Part shown: positions 1 to 8,873 of the stretch, one piece after another
How the letters are laid out: each line of letters opens with the position of its first letter
Numbering within the stretch: the first letter of the stretch is position 1
Assembly: GCA_020344015.1 (NCBI GenBank)
Contig: CP070812.1
Coordinates: 2,068,092-2,132,091, forward strand
Reading direction: 5' to 3'
From: Gemmatimonadota bacterium
GTDB taxonomy: Bacteria > Gemmatimonadota > Gemmatimonadetes > Palauibacterales > KS3-K002
DNA: 64,000 nucleotides
The notes under the pieces: model-generated
Told to the model about the DNA's origin: nothing
The model's input: only the letters and a program-made list of their open reading frames with translations
Databases searched by the model: none
Program-made: the position numbers and the translations under genes

Positions 1-289
1 CGAGATGGAGAGGGCCCACAGGGCCGCCAGTCTCTTCTTCCTCCTCGTTTTTAGGAAAGACTAAGTCCGCGGGCGGTGCTAAGGGGAAAGGCGCTTTCGG
101 GATTTTGAATCCAGGCCCGCAAGTACAGCTGCGCGCGACGAGGGCTCGCTTTGTGGGGCACTCGGTGCTGCTGCGGGTCCCTTGATGGGTGGTGCGAGCT
201 GCTTAGCGGTCTAGATTGTGATCTGTTAAGCCGCCCAAGGTCTTGCTCCGTGAGCAAGGCTTGCAGTAATTACGTCTGAGGAATGCCAA

Positions 290-805
290 GTGATTGAAGT
301 TGGCATCTTCATTCTGATTTCAATTCTGTTAGTGGCCTTCACGCTGACAAGGCCACACCGGCATCGATTTCCCCGTCTTCTCGCCCTCGAGAGCCTTAGC
401 GCTCTTGTCTTGCTGAATGCTCGCCGATGGTTCGAGAATCCTTTCTCCTTCCGCCAGGTCCTCTCCTGGATACTCTTGGCTAGCTCGCTTGCCTTGGCAA
501 TTCACGGGTTCAGGCTCATTCGGGCAGCTGGTGCGCCAGCGGGTGACATCGAGAATACCACCCGCTTGGTGACGGTAGGAGCGTATCGATTTATCCGTCA
601 TCCGCTTTATTGCACGTTTCTCTTGTGTGGAGTTGGGACAATTCTCAAGGGTGTGTCGGCTCTGGGATTTGGTCTACTGTTGACATTGTTTATCGCAGTG
701 TTCATTACGGCGAAGGTGGAAGAACAGGACAACATCAAGAGATTCGGTGAGGAATATGTTGCTTATAAGGCGGGCACATGGATGTTCGTCCCTTTTGTGA
801 TCTAG
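290..805 (+). CDS. Isoprenylcysteine carboxyl methyltransferase (ICMT)/phospholipid methyltransferase-family membrane protein
   Basis: 171-aa ORF with a GTG start. Multi-TM N-terminus and the ICMT signature 'RLVTVGAYRFIRHPLY' near the C-terminus. Confidence 0.7.
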   Translation: MIEVGIFILISILLVAFTLTRPHRHRFPRLLALESLSALVLLNARRWFENPFSFRQVLSWILLASSLALAIHGFRLIRAAGAPAGDIENTTRLVTVGAYRFIRHPLYCTFLLCGVGTILKGVSALGFGLLLTLFIAVFITAKVEEQDNIKRFGEEYVAYKAGTWMFVPFVI

Positions 806-915
806 TGTGCACTGGAGAATGCGATAGGCGGCGGCTTAATCACTCTTGAAGTGCGTATTAGACAAAACAACGCCCGATATCGATCCAATCCACCTATCGT
901 CTGCTGGAGGGCATC

Positions 916-1425
916 ATGCGACCGAGCACATTTGTACTCTCGAGCTTCCTTGCTGCTGCAGCGGTGGGATGTGCGCCCTTGCCGACTGCTGAGCTGGAGG
1001 CCAACAAGGACCTGGTGCGGCGATTCACCGACGCTCTCAATGCAGCTGACTGGGACGCGCTCGATGAGCTCGCAACTGAGGACTTTACTCGCCATAGTGA
1101 GGCCACTGCCGGACCCCAGGCGAACTCACGAGAGGAGTTCATTCAGCTCCAGGAATCTTTCTTGGTCACCTTCCCCGACCAACGAGTCACGATCGAGAAG
1201 CTCATAGCTGAGGGTGATAATGTGGCGCTGTTGGCCAAGTACTCCGGCACGCAGACTGGTCCGATGGGTGACTACCCGGCCACCGGGAGATCGTTTGAAA
1301 GCACGTTTCTCGCCTTCTTCCGCATCGAGGCCGGCCGCGTCGCCGAGCTTTGGGTGGAGTGGGACAACGTGGCGATGCTTACCCAGTTGGGTTTGTTTCC
1401 GCCGCCGCCGCCCGCCGGCACCTGA
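916..1425 (+). CDS. SnoaL-like (NTF2-fold) lipoprotein, ester-cyclase-like
   Basis: N-terminal lipoprotein signal peptide (…AAAAVGC). 'ANKDLVRRFTDALNAADWDALDEL' and a C-terminal 'GRVAELWVEWDN' are typical of SnoaL/NTF2-like domains. Confidence 0.6.
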   Translation: MRPSTFVLSSFLAAAAVGCAPLPTAELEANKDLVRRFTDALNAADWDALDELATEDFTRHSEATAGPQANSREEFIQLQESFLVTFPDQRVTIEKLIAEGDNVALLAKYSGTQTGPMGDYPATGRSFESTFLAFFRIEAGRVAELWVEWDNVAMLTQLGLFPPPPPAGT

Positions 1426-1616
1426 ACCGATTGGAGCGCCTGGGGGGTAGCTGCGGGGGGACGGGCCGGCGAGCCTGGCCGGCTCGCCCGGCGGTCGAAG
1501 CCTGACCAGCGCCTCAACTGACGCGAGCATCGCCTGCTGTAATGCCTTAGATTCCTGTCTCGTTGGCACCTGGCGGCTGGCGACAGGCAACGTAGACCGA
1601 GTCGGGGTACAACCTC

Positions 1617-2096
1617 ATGCAAATCTTCCAGACAAGCCGTCCGTGGAACGGGGAGCGGCTCAAGACGCTTGTGATCGCATGTTCGGACGGGCGACTTCAG
1701 GAGGAAGTCGACGAGTTCCTCCAGTCCCATTTGACCATCGACCACTACGATCGGCTCTACGTGCCTGGAGGTGCTGGGGCACTGGCGACGAGCGCTGCCG
1801 AGAGCGTCCGCTCGGATCGATTCCGCAGCGAATGTCAATTTCTGATTACAGCGCACGGCGTCGAGCGGATCATATTGATGTTCCACGGGCCGGCAGTGGA
1901 TGGCCCGCCCGAGGCGTTGTGCGGCGACTACAAGCGGCGGCTGCCGGCATCGTCGCCCTCAGCCATCCGTGAGCAGCAGGAGCGGGATGCGGAACAGATC
2001 TGGCGCGATGGACTAGGCGATGGAATTCGCCTGGAGATATATAGGTGCGAGGTGACGCGGGACGGGTTTGTGGGATTCGTCTGGATGTATGACTGA
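1617..2096 (+). CDS. Hypothetical protein (weak beta-carbonic-anhydrase-like 'CSDGR' motif)
   Basis: 159-aa ORF with coding-like codon usage. 'CSDGR…DRLYVPGGAG' resembles the beta-CA CxDSR/GDxFVxRNAGN motifs, but the second Zn-ligand Cys is absent. Confidence 0.4.
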   Translation: MQIFQTSRPWNGERLKTLVIACSDGRLQEEVDEFLQSHLTIDHYDRLYVPGGAGALATSAAESVRSDRFRSECQFLITAHGVERIILMFHGPAVDGPPEALCGDYKRRLPASSPSAIREQQERDAEQIWRDGLGDGIRLEIYRCEVTRDGFVGFVWMYD

Positions 2097-2121
2097 GCTG
2101 GCCATCAGATGGCAATGAAGT

Positions 2122-2658
2122 ATGAGCGCGGAGATTGAGGTGCTTCCCCCAGAGCTTCGAGGTCTTGTTCGGCATATGGAGTGGGCGGACGCGCAGGTCT
2201 GGGGATCGGTGTTGGCGCTGCCGAAGGCGCATAACGATACGCGCATGCGGGAGTGTCTCCACCACGTGCACTTGGTGCAGTGGGCGTATCTTCACATCTG
2301 GCGCGACGAACCGATAAATCTGCCGGACGTGTCGAGCTTCGAAGATCTACGCGCCATGCATGCATGGGGTCGTGAGTATTACAGCCAAGCGCTTGCGTAT
2401 CTCGACAGTCTCGAAGCGGGGACGCTCGAGCGGCGGGTCCAGTTTCCCTGGGCCGAACAAATGGTGGGGCGCTTTGGCAGCGCTGAGTCGGCGACGCTTG
2501 CCGAGACTATCCTTCAGATAGCACTGCATACGACGTATCACCGGGGCCAGGTCAACACGCGACTTCGCGAGCTCGGAGGTGAGCCTCCCTTGACCGACTT
2601 CATTGCCTGGATCTGGATGGGCAAACCTAACGCTGAGTGGGAGGATCATGCTGAGTGA
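2122..2658 (+). CDS. DinB/YfiT-family metal-dependent hydrolase-like protein
   Basis: 'HMEWADAQVW…HHVHLVQWAY…HTTYHRGQ' matches the DinB_2 four-helix His triad. Confidence 0.75.
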   Translation: MSAEIEVLPPELRGLVRHMEWADAQVWGSVLALPKAHNDTRMRECLHHVHLVQWAYLHIWRDEPINLPDVSSFEDLRAMHAWGREYYSQALAYLDSLEAGTLERRVQFPWAEQMVGRFGSAESATLAETILQIALHTTYHRGQVNTRLRELGGEPPLTDFIAWIWMGKPNAEWEDHAE

Positions 2659-3322
2659 GGATCCCACTTACAGAGTTCTGGTCACCGGTGCGAGCGGTCT
2701 CGCCGGCGGCGCCGTTCTGGAGCAGTGTCTGAAGGACCCCCGGATCTCGGCGGTGACTGCAGTCGGCCGCAGGTCGCTGGACGTCGAGCACCCGAAGCTC
2801 ACCCAGGTCGTCCACACCGATTTCGCCGATCAATCGGCCATCGTCAGTCATTACGAGGAGCTGGACGCGGTCTACTATTGTCTGGGCATCTCGCAGAGCG
2901 ATGTTCGTGACGAGAAGCGATATCGTGAGATCACGTACGACTACGCGATGGAGACCGCAGGAAGGCTGAAGGACCGTAGCCCGCGGGCGGTGATCCATTT
3001 CCTCAGCGGCGCAGGTACCAACGCGAACGGCCGCTTCATGTGGGCGCGGATCAAGGGCGAAACCGAGCGTGATCTCTCGGGGATGAGCCTCGGCGGGGCG
3101 GTCCACTACCGGCCGGGATTGATTGTCGGCCATGGATCCATGAAGTCCCGCTATATGGCGGAGAGGTTACTGCGGCCCCTGGAGTTCCTTTACCGGCCCT
3201 TCAAGGGCTTGTCGATCCGCGCCAGTGAATTTGGCCAGGCGATGATCCAGGCCACGATCGATGGTCTCACGGACGCGATACTCGAGAACCGCGATCTCCG
3301 AGCACTGGCCGAGCGCTACTAG
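2648..3322 (+). CDS. NAD(P)H-binding (atypical SDR/epimerase-like) protein
   Basis: 'RVLVTGASGLAGGAV' Rossmann motif directly after the Met at 2648. 'GGGAGGA' RBS upstream. The ORF track starts it earlier, at 2603. Confidence 0.75.
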   Translation: MLSEDPTYRVLVTGASGLAGGAVLEQCLKDPRISAVTAVGRRSLDVEHPKLTQVVHTDFADQSAIVSHYEELDAVYYCLGISQSDVRDEKRYREITYDYAMETAGRLKDRSPRAVIHFLSGAGTNANGRFMWARIKGETERDLSGMSLGGAVHYRPGLIVGHGSMKSRYMAERLLRPLEFLYRPFKGLSIRASEFGQAMIQATIDGLTDAILENRDLRALAERY

Positions 3323-3387
3323 GTGGACGGCGACGGCGGCAAGCAAGGAGAGCGTACGATGATGACCAAACTGATCCACACGTTTGA

Positions 3388-3584
3388 AACCACGCGAATG
3401 AATCTGTTCTGGAGCGGTCGCTGCCGGACGAGATGTTTCCGACGATGGGTCATGTACTCTTGCAGGTGGTCGTAGCACACACTGCCTTCCACGTGGGGCA
3501 ATTAGCCGTGTGGCGCCGAGCCATCGGCAAGCAGTCGGTTGCAGTCATCGTAATACTTGCGCCGCCCTACGGGCATCAGACATG
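3388..3584 (+). pseudogene. DinB-family gene remnant (C-terminal fragment only, no start codon)
   Basis: The frame that opens at 3388 translates to '…LPDEMFPTMGHVLLQVVVAHTAFHVGQLAVWRRAIGKQ'. This is the C-terminal His/GQ helix of DinB proteins. It has no N-terminal half and no plausible start. Confidence 0.5.
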
Positions 3585-3789
3585 ACGAATGGGCAGTCGT
3601 GGACACAGTGAGCCACACGCTGTGGGGTGGCGGTCTGTTCGGCTTTCGAGGGCATCCTTGGATGGCTGTAACGCCCGGGGCGGGGCCGGACCTCGTGCCG
3701 TTCTTGCCCCTGATGACGCTCTTGGTCGCGCGTGGATACCCACCGGATGCGCCGCCGGTTGAGGACGAGTTGTGAAGGAGGACCGAACT

Positions 3790-4293
3790 GTGAGTGATCC
3801 CCGACTCCGTGAGATTCTCAATCTTCTCGACCCGCCCGCCGGCAAGCGTCTGTGGTACGGGGGGGCCACAGTGGCTGGAACCCTTCGCGGTGTCACGCCC
3901 GAGCAAGCCGCGTGGAAGCCGACTCGCGAGCGGCACTCGATCTGGGAGTTAACGCTACACCTGGCGTATTGGAAGTACGCGGTACGCCGCAACCTAGAGG
4001 CCTTGCCACAGGGAACGTTTCCACGATCACCGGCCAATTGGCCGGCCGTGCCCAGGCCGGCGGATGCTTCGCATTGGAAGGCGGACCGCAGCTTGCTGCG
4101 GTCGGAGCACGAACAGTTGGTGGACGCCGTGCGGGCGTTTGATCCACGGAGATTGGACGCGGCGGCGCCGGGCAGTGGGAATTATCGGTTCGTGGACCTG
4201 CTATTTGGTGTTGCGAGCCACGATCTCTACCACGTCGGCCAGATACAGCTATTGAAGCGTTTGTACCAGAGCCGGCGCAGACGGTCGCGTTAG
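3790..4293 (+). CDS. DinB-family protein
   Basis: 'WELTLHLAYWKYAV…ASHDLYHVGQIQLLKRL' are DinB_2 motifs. 'GAAGGAGGA' RBS 7 nt before the GTG at 3790. The ORF track opens at 3772. Confidence 0.75.
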   Translation: MSDPRLREILNLLDPPAGKRLWYGGATVAGTLRGVTPEQAAWKPTRERHSIWELTLHLAYWKYAVRRNLEALPQGTFPRSPANWPAVPRPADASHWKADRSLLRSEHEQLVDAVRAFDPRRLDAAAPGSGNYRFVDLLFGVASHDLYHVGQIQLLKRLYQSRRRRSR

Positions 4294-4359
4294 GGTCGGG
4301 TCGTTGCCTACCGAAGCGACTGAACGGTGGCTTTCGCTCACGTTTGCCGTGGAAAGCTG

Positions 4360-5019
4360 ATGCTTGAATCGTCCAGGCGCCCGCTTACTCCAGCGGAGCA
4401 GCGACTTCTAGGCGCCAAGATCCGCGATCTCGAATCGCGCCTGCGTCGGGGGCCGAAGGTTCTGATCCCAGGCGGGGCGGTCCTCGTGATTCTCTGGGCG
4501 CTGACCCTCATCGTCTCGGGGTCATCGTGGCTGATCGTGACCTCCTTCTGGATTGTCGTTGGCACCGGTATCCTCGTTTGGGTCGGGCACGATCTCAAGA
4601 AGGACCTCGGCATCCTTCGCGACATGTTAGGCGAATACGAGTCTGCACGCCGAAGGAACGAAGCCGAGGTGTTCGAGGTCAAGGCGCGTGCCTTTGCAGA
4701 GTTCGAGGAGCTAGAGGACGAGGGCGCGTGCTACGCTTTCGAGATCGCCGGCAATCGGTTGGTCTTCGTCCTCGGGCAGGAGTTCTACCCGCAGGCAAAG
4801 TTCCCAAGTCACGACTTCTCGCTGGTGTACGTCCTGAACGAGCGAGGAGGGCCGGTCGACATGGTTATCGAAAAGCGAGGGCCGAAGGCGCCTCCAGCCC
4901 GAACGATATCGGCGGCCGCCAAACTAGAGCTCGAGGTTCCAGAGCACCTGGAGGTGTTCAACGGCAAGCTCAGCCGAATTGAAGACCTTCTCAGTTCGGC
5001 TCACCGGGGATCGGGATGA
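4360..5019 (+). CDS. Hypothetical membrane protein
   Basis: Two TM helices after the ATG at 4360 (LIPGGAVLVILWALTLIVSGSSWLIVTSFWIVVGTGILVWV), followed by an acidic soluble domain. No family recognised. Confidence 0.45.
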   Translation: MLESSRRPLTPAEQRLLGAKIRDLESRLRRGPKVLIPGGAVLVILWALTLIVSGSSWLIVTSFWIVVGTGILVWVGHDLKKDLGILRDMLGEYESARRRNEAEVFEVKARAFAEFEELEDEGACYAFEIAGNRLVFVLGQEFYPQAKFPSHDFSLVYVLNERGGPVDMVIEKRGPKAPPARTISAAAKLELEVPEHLEVFNGKLSRIEDLLSSAHRGSG

Positions 5020-5050
5020 CTTCCAGCGTTGCGCCGACCGGGAGGTGCTG

Positions 5051-5326
5051 ATGACCTATATGCTGTGTCGCAATCGAGTTGCGGACTTCGGGCGGTGGAA
5101 GGCTGTGTTCGCATCTCACGCGGAGGCCCACAGAGATGCTGGCTTTCGACTGGTCGGTATCTGGCGCGCTCTCGAGGAGCCCAACAACATCTTCTTCATG
5201 TTCGAGCTTGACAGCGTGGAGAAGGCCAGGGCGTTCGTCGGTGATCCCGAGGCCGCCAGAGCCGGAGAAGCTGCGGGCGTCCTCGACGGCGAGTATCACT
5301 TCGTCGAAGATGCGGGAGAGTGCTGA
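5051..5326 (+). CDS. Hypothetical small cytoplasmic protein (alpha+beta barrel-like)
   Basis: 'GGGAGG' RBS before the ATG at 5051. 91 aa. No confident family. Confidence 0.45.
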   Translation: MTYMLCRNRVADFGRWKAVFASHAEAHRDAGFRLVGIWRALEEPNNIFFMFELDSVEKARAFVGDPEAARAGEAAGVLDGEYHFVEDAGEC

Positions 5327-5333
5327 TTTTGCA

Positions 5334-5359
5334 GAGAGCGCTCTCGAGAGAGCGCTCTC
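5334..5359. repeat. Two tandem copies of the 12-bp palindrome GAGAGCGCTCTC between convergent genes
   Basis: GAGAGCGCTCTC-GA-GAGAGCGCTCTC begins 8 nt after the stop of the 5051-5326 gene. Confidence 0.5.
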
Positions 5360-5393
5360 AGTGGGGGCACCAGCATTGAATGAGCGGGCACCG

Positions 5394-5954
5394 CTAGGAT
5401 GGCCACAGCCATCCGAACGTACCGGCCGTCAGCAGCCCGTAAATCAGCCCGTCGAAGGTTGACTTGACCGTCGTGCTCCAGGCGCGTTTCCACCAGATCG
5501 AGTTCTGCCACAGCGCCAACGCATAGCCGACGAACGCGGTGGCTCCGGCGAAACGGAAAACTGCCAGGTATTCGGCACCCGGCCCCAAGGCGCGCCCGGC
5601 GATGTAGGCGGCGAAGATACTCACCACTACACAGTAGCCGAACCACTGCGCCAGGTTCTTCCCCATCGCCGGCGGCCCGTTCGGCATGACCGTGAAGACG
5701 ACGACCGGCCCCTTATTCATCTTCTCGATGAACTCGGGGTTCTTCATATCCTGCGGGCCGATCCCACGGGGGATCATGTAGTCGCCCGGTGGGATCTCGA
5801 ACTTGCGCAGCGCATCCATAAGGTCGTCCTCAGCCGGTACCTTCTTCACGTCGGTACGGTGATACGGGAGGAACATGTGGATGAGCCAGCTCGCTAGGAA
5901 CACGATGACCGCCGACAGGAAGATCGGCAGCCATAAGGACAGGACGGGGACCAT
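5394..5954 (-). CDS. Hypothetical integral membrane protein
   Basis: 'GAGGAGG' RBS 5 nt upstream of the ATG (complement of 5952-5954). Four predicted TM segments. Confidence 0.55.
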   Translation of the reverse strand: MVPVLSLWLPIFLSAVIVFLASWLIHMFLPYHRTDVKKVPAEDDLMDALRKFEIPPGDYMIPRGIGPQDMKNPEFIEKMNKGPVVVFTVMPNGPPAMGKNLAQWFGYCVVVSIFAAYIAGRALGPGAEYLAVFRFAGATAFVGYALALWQNSIWWKRAWSTTVKSTFDGLIYGLLTAGTFGWLWPS

Positions 5955-6115
5955 CGGCACCTCCTCGCGTTTCGCACGGCCATGGCCGCGCTACTATGGC
6001 GCCGGCCGCTGCCCTGGCGCGCAGCCAGCGGTCGGTATTCGGCTCGTTAGTCCTGCGTAGGAAGACTCGAGAATATAGGACCGGCGCGGTGGCGCGCCAC
6101 CCGGCCCTAGCTCGC

Positions 6116-6898
6116 CTACTTCTGCTTGCGGCGTGCGAACTTGAGGCCCGACCACGTCGCGTCGATCGCGCAGATCTTGTAGTCGACCAGGCCGTTGCCC
6201 AGTCCGATGCGTCGCACGTCGTTCTGGCTGAGGTCGGTGGCGACGCCCGACGCCTGTTTCGGCCAAGCGATCCATATCCCGCCATCGCCGACCTTGGTCG
6301 CCAGCACCCCGATCCGACGCTCCAACTCCGCCCGCGATTTGGTGAACCAGATGATCAGGTCGGCCGCGCCGAGCCGGCGTCGCAGCACGACACCGTCGGG
6401 CAAAGCGCCGAGAGTCTTCACGAAATCCGCCGGCGAACCGACCAACGAGACTCTGTACCCCGCCTTTATCCCCAGCTTCTTGACCAGCGGCGTTCCGGAG
6501 TAGCCAGCCAGGTTCGTGGCAGGTACAGCAGGCTCCGTCGGCGGGTTGGCGATGGCCCGCTTCAGCGAGCTACGTATTCGTCGCCACGTAGTGTACTCCG
6601 CATCCGGCAGCAGTTTCTTGACTCCTGCCACCTTCTTCGCGTCGCCTTCCACGAATACGATCGGTATGTGACGTGTAGTTCTTGAACCGCGGATGGCCAG
6701 CGCCACGTCACGGCCGTGCGACGGGATCCGGGTCAGGTCGATGACCACGGCGTCGGGAGGGTTCCGCCTCAGAGCCCTGAGCGTCTCCGGTGTGACCGGT
6801 GCGTTGTTCACGACGTAGCCGGCGGCTCGCAGCGTCGCCGCCCGGTCGCGCGCCTCTCCGACGTTCCAGTGAACCAGTCGTAATCTTCGCTTGGTCAT
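6116..6898 (-). CDS. Hypothetical two-domain protein (degenerate receiver-like N-terminus plus conserved C-terminal DUF)
   Basis: 260-aa ORF. The N-terminus has a CheY-like beta-alpha pattern ('AVVIDLTRIP…IPIVFVEG') but lacks the canonical acidic pocket. Confidence 0.5.
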   Translation of the reverse strand: MTKRRLRLVHWNVGEARDRAATLRAAGYVVNNAPVTPETLRALRRNPPDAVVIDLTRIPSHGRDVALAIRGSRTTRHIPIVFVEGDAKKVAGVKKLLPDAEYTTWRRIRSSLKRAIANPPTEPAVPATNLAGYSGTPLVKKLGIKAGYRVSLVGSPADFVKTLGALPDGVVLRRRLGAADLIIWFTKSRAELERRIGVLATKVGDGGIWIAWPKQASGVATDLSQNDVRRIGLGNGLVDYKICAIDATWSGLKFARRKQK

Positions 6899-7064
6899 CG
6901 CCTCGTGCCTCGGCCATCATTCTGTAGGGCGCCGACGGGCTGTGCAAGATCGGTGATTCGGGGCTATTGCGTCGAGGCTTTCTCGTGCGCTCCGGCGCCC
7001 TAGATTGTCATCACTCTGAGATGCGCTTTCGAGAAGCTCCCATGGCCAAGGCGACGGTACCGCT

Positions 7065-7448
7065 ATGAAGATCAAGCTGAGCAGTGTCATGGTCGACGAT
7101 CAGGGCAGGGCCCTGAAGTTCTACACGGAGGTCTTGGGTTTCGTGAAGAAGGAGGACATTCCGGTAGGCGAAGCCCGCTGGTTGACCGTCGTCTCGCCGG
7201 AAGCACCGGACGAGGTGGAGTTGTCGCTGGAGCCCAACAGCAATCCCGTTGCCGAGACGTACCAGCGAGCGCTCTTCGAGCAAGGGATACCACTGACGGC
7301 GTTCTGTGTTGAGGACATCCAGAGCGAGTATGAGCGGCTGAGCAAAATGGGTGTCGTGTTTGTCTCGGAACCTACGGATGTTGGGACAGCAACCGTCGCA
7401 GTGTTCAATGACACGTGCGGCAACCTCATACAGCTTTATCAAGTGTAG
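7065..7448 (+). CDS. VOC-family (glyoxalase/bleomycin-resistance fold) protein
   Basis: 'ALKFYTEVLGF' N-terminal VOC motif. The 127-aa size is typical. Confidence 0.75.
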   Translation: MKIKLSSVMVDDQGRALKFYTEVLGFVKKEDIPVGEARWLTVVSPEAPDEVELSLEPNSNPVAETYQRALFEQGIPLTAFCVEDIQSEYERLSKMGVVFVSEPTDVGTATVAVFNDTCGNLIQLYQV

Positions 7449-7463
7449 CCAGAGCGGCCGGCC

Positions 7464-7844
7464 GTGAAAGTCGAGACACCGAAAAAGATCGCCACTGTCG
7501 GCGGGATTCTCCTGTCCGTTAGTGGTGTGGTTAATGCCGTGCTCGGTGCACGAATAGGAGCACTGTTCTACGACGCGTATCCAGGTGGAAGGATGGGCCA
7601 TGTGGGGGTCATCGCCGGCCTCCTGGCGATCGTGATCGGGGTCATCATGGTATTCTTCGTTGTCCCACTGTATGAGCGTCGTAACAGGTGGGTTCTTGCC
7701 CTCGCGGGGATCTTGACGATTGTGCTCGGTCATGCGGGGGCGGTCGCCGGTGCGATCTACGTTGGCACGGCCGGGGTGGCTTTGTGCTACGTAGCAGGGA
7801 TATGGCTGTTGATTGTAGCCGTCAGGGGGATCCCCAATGGCTGA
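7464..7844 (+). CDS. Hypothetical membrane protein
   Basis: GTG start. Four hydrophobic helices rich in Gly/Ala. Confidence 0.45.
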   Translation: MKVETPKKIATVGGILLSVSGVVNAVLGARIGALFYDAYPGGRMGHVGVIAGLLAIVIGVIMVFFVVPLYERRNRWVLALAGILTIVLGHAGAVAGAIYVGTAGVALCYVAGIWLLIVAVRGIPNG

Positions 7845-7874
7845 TCTTATCCTTCACGGGAGAGGCAAGACTAC

Positions 7875-8318
7875 ATGCTCAAGTTGGCGCTAGTCCTGCA
7901 CATTCTGGGCGCCTCGGTTTGGACGGGCGGTCACCTCGTTTTGTCGCTGACGGTCCTTCCGCGAGCGCTGCGCCATCGCGATCCGGATGTAATCCGCAAC
8001 TTCGAAGAGGGCTACGAACGAATCGGACTCCCGTCACTGGCGATCCAAATCGTCACCGGCCTGTGGCTTGCGCACCGACTGATGCCGACGTGGGCAGACT
8101 GGTTTTCCTTCACGACCATTGCGAGTACACACGTGGCGCTGAAACTCCTGTTGCTGCTCCTGACGGTGGCTCTGGCGCTGCACGCTCGCCTGCGGATCAT
8201 TCCGAGGTTGAGCGAGCGAACGCTTCCGATGCTGGCCTGGCACGTGATCGCCGTGACGGTCTTGGCGGTGCTGTTCGTTCTGGTAGGCGTCGGCTTTCGA
8301 ACGGGTGGCCTTTTGTAA
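7875..8318 (+). CDS. Hypothetical membrane protein (CopD/DUF4149-like four-helix)
   Basis: 147 aa with four TM helices. The first helix, 'HILGASVWTGGHLVLSL', is typical of CopD-like proteins. Confidence 0.45.
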   Translation: MLKLALVLHILGASVWTGGHLVLSLTVLPRALRHRDPDVIRNFEEGYERIGLPSLAIQIVTGLWLAHRLMPTWADWFSFTTIASTHVALKLLLLLLTVALALHARLRIIPRLSERTLPMLAWHVIAVTVLAVLFVLVGVGFRTGGLL

Positions 8319-8333
8319 CACGAGATACGCTGC

Positions 8334-8807
8334 ATGAGTGATCTGCAAGTCGACATCGTCAGCGTTCCGCCCATGCGAGTCGCTAGCGTGCGTGTCGTCA
8401 GTGAGACGCCCGAGCGAGATGCCTGGGAGAAGATGCGCGCTTGGGCAGAGTCGAAGCGCCTGCTTACGCAACCTGGCGCCAACCCGGTGTTCGGCTTCAA
8501 CAACCCGCCTCCAGCAGAAGGTCGCAAGGAGTACGGTTACGAGTTCTGGATCCGTGTCGATCCGAATACCGAGGTGGCGGGCGAGCTCGAGGCCAAGGAC
8601 TTTCCCGGAGGGCTCTATGCCGTCACGCGCTGCAGACTCTACGGGGACCCCAAGGGCAATGTCCTTGAAATCTGGAAGCGGCTGTGGGACTGGGTGGTTT
8701 CCAGCGACTATGAGTGGCGCCGAACACACGAGCTGGAGAAGCCTGTAGATCCACTAGCACCTGAGGAGGAGCTAGTCCTGGATCTCTATTTGCCCATCGA
8801 GGGATGA
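8334..8807 (+). CDS. GyrI-like small-molecule-binding domain protein
   Basis: 'VPPMRVASVRVVSE…WEKMRAWAE…YEFWIRVDP…GGLYAVTRC' is the AraC-effector/GyrI-like pattern. Confidence 0.7.
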   Translation: MSDLQVDIVSVPPMRVASVRVVSETPERDAWEKMRAWAESKRLLTQPGANPVFGFNNPPPAEGRKEYGYEFWIRVDPNTEVAGELEAKDFPGGLYAVTRCRLYGDPKGNVLEIWKRLWDWVVSSDYEWRRTHELEKPVDPLAPEEELVLDLYLPIEG

Positions 8808-8873
8808 GTGCGACTGGGTTCCAGCCGCCCAAAAGGCGTCGCAACCGGCGCTGAGCGGAAGGAGCTGGCGGTA

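Noticed and set aside
51-257. 68-aa - strand ORF at the window start
   Set aside because: Ser/Arg/Pro-rich low-complexity translation with no RBS or family resemblance. Treated as non-coding upstream region of the ICMT-like gene.
1617-2096. Possible beta-carbonic anhydrase
   Set aside because: Only the CSDGR and GD..V..GxAG-like motifs are recognisable. The His/Cys (HxxCG) zinc ligands are absent, so it is left as hypothetical.
7011-7733. 240-aa ORF on the - strand
   Set aside because: Lies antisense across two well-supported + strand genes (VOC 7065-7448, membrane protein 7464-7844). Its low-complexity His/Arg/Asp-rich translation is typical of spurious antisense ORFs in high-GC DNA.
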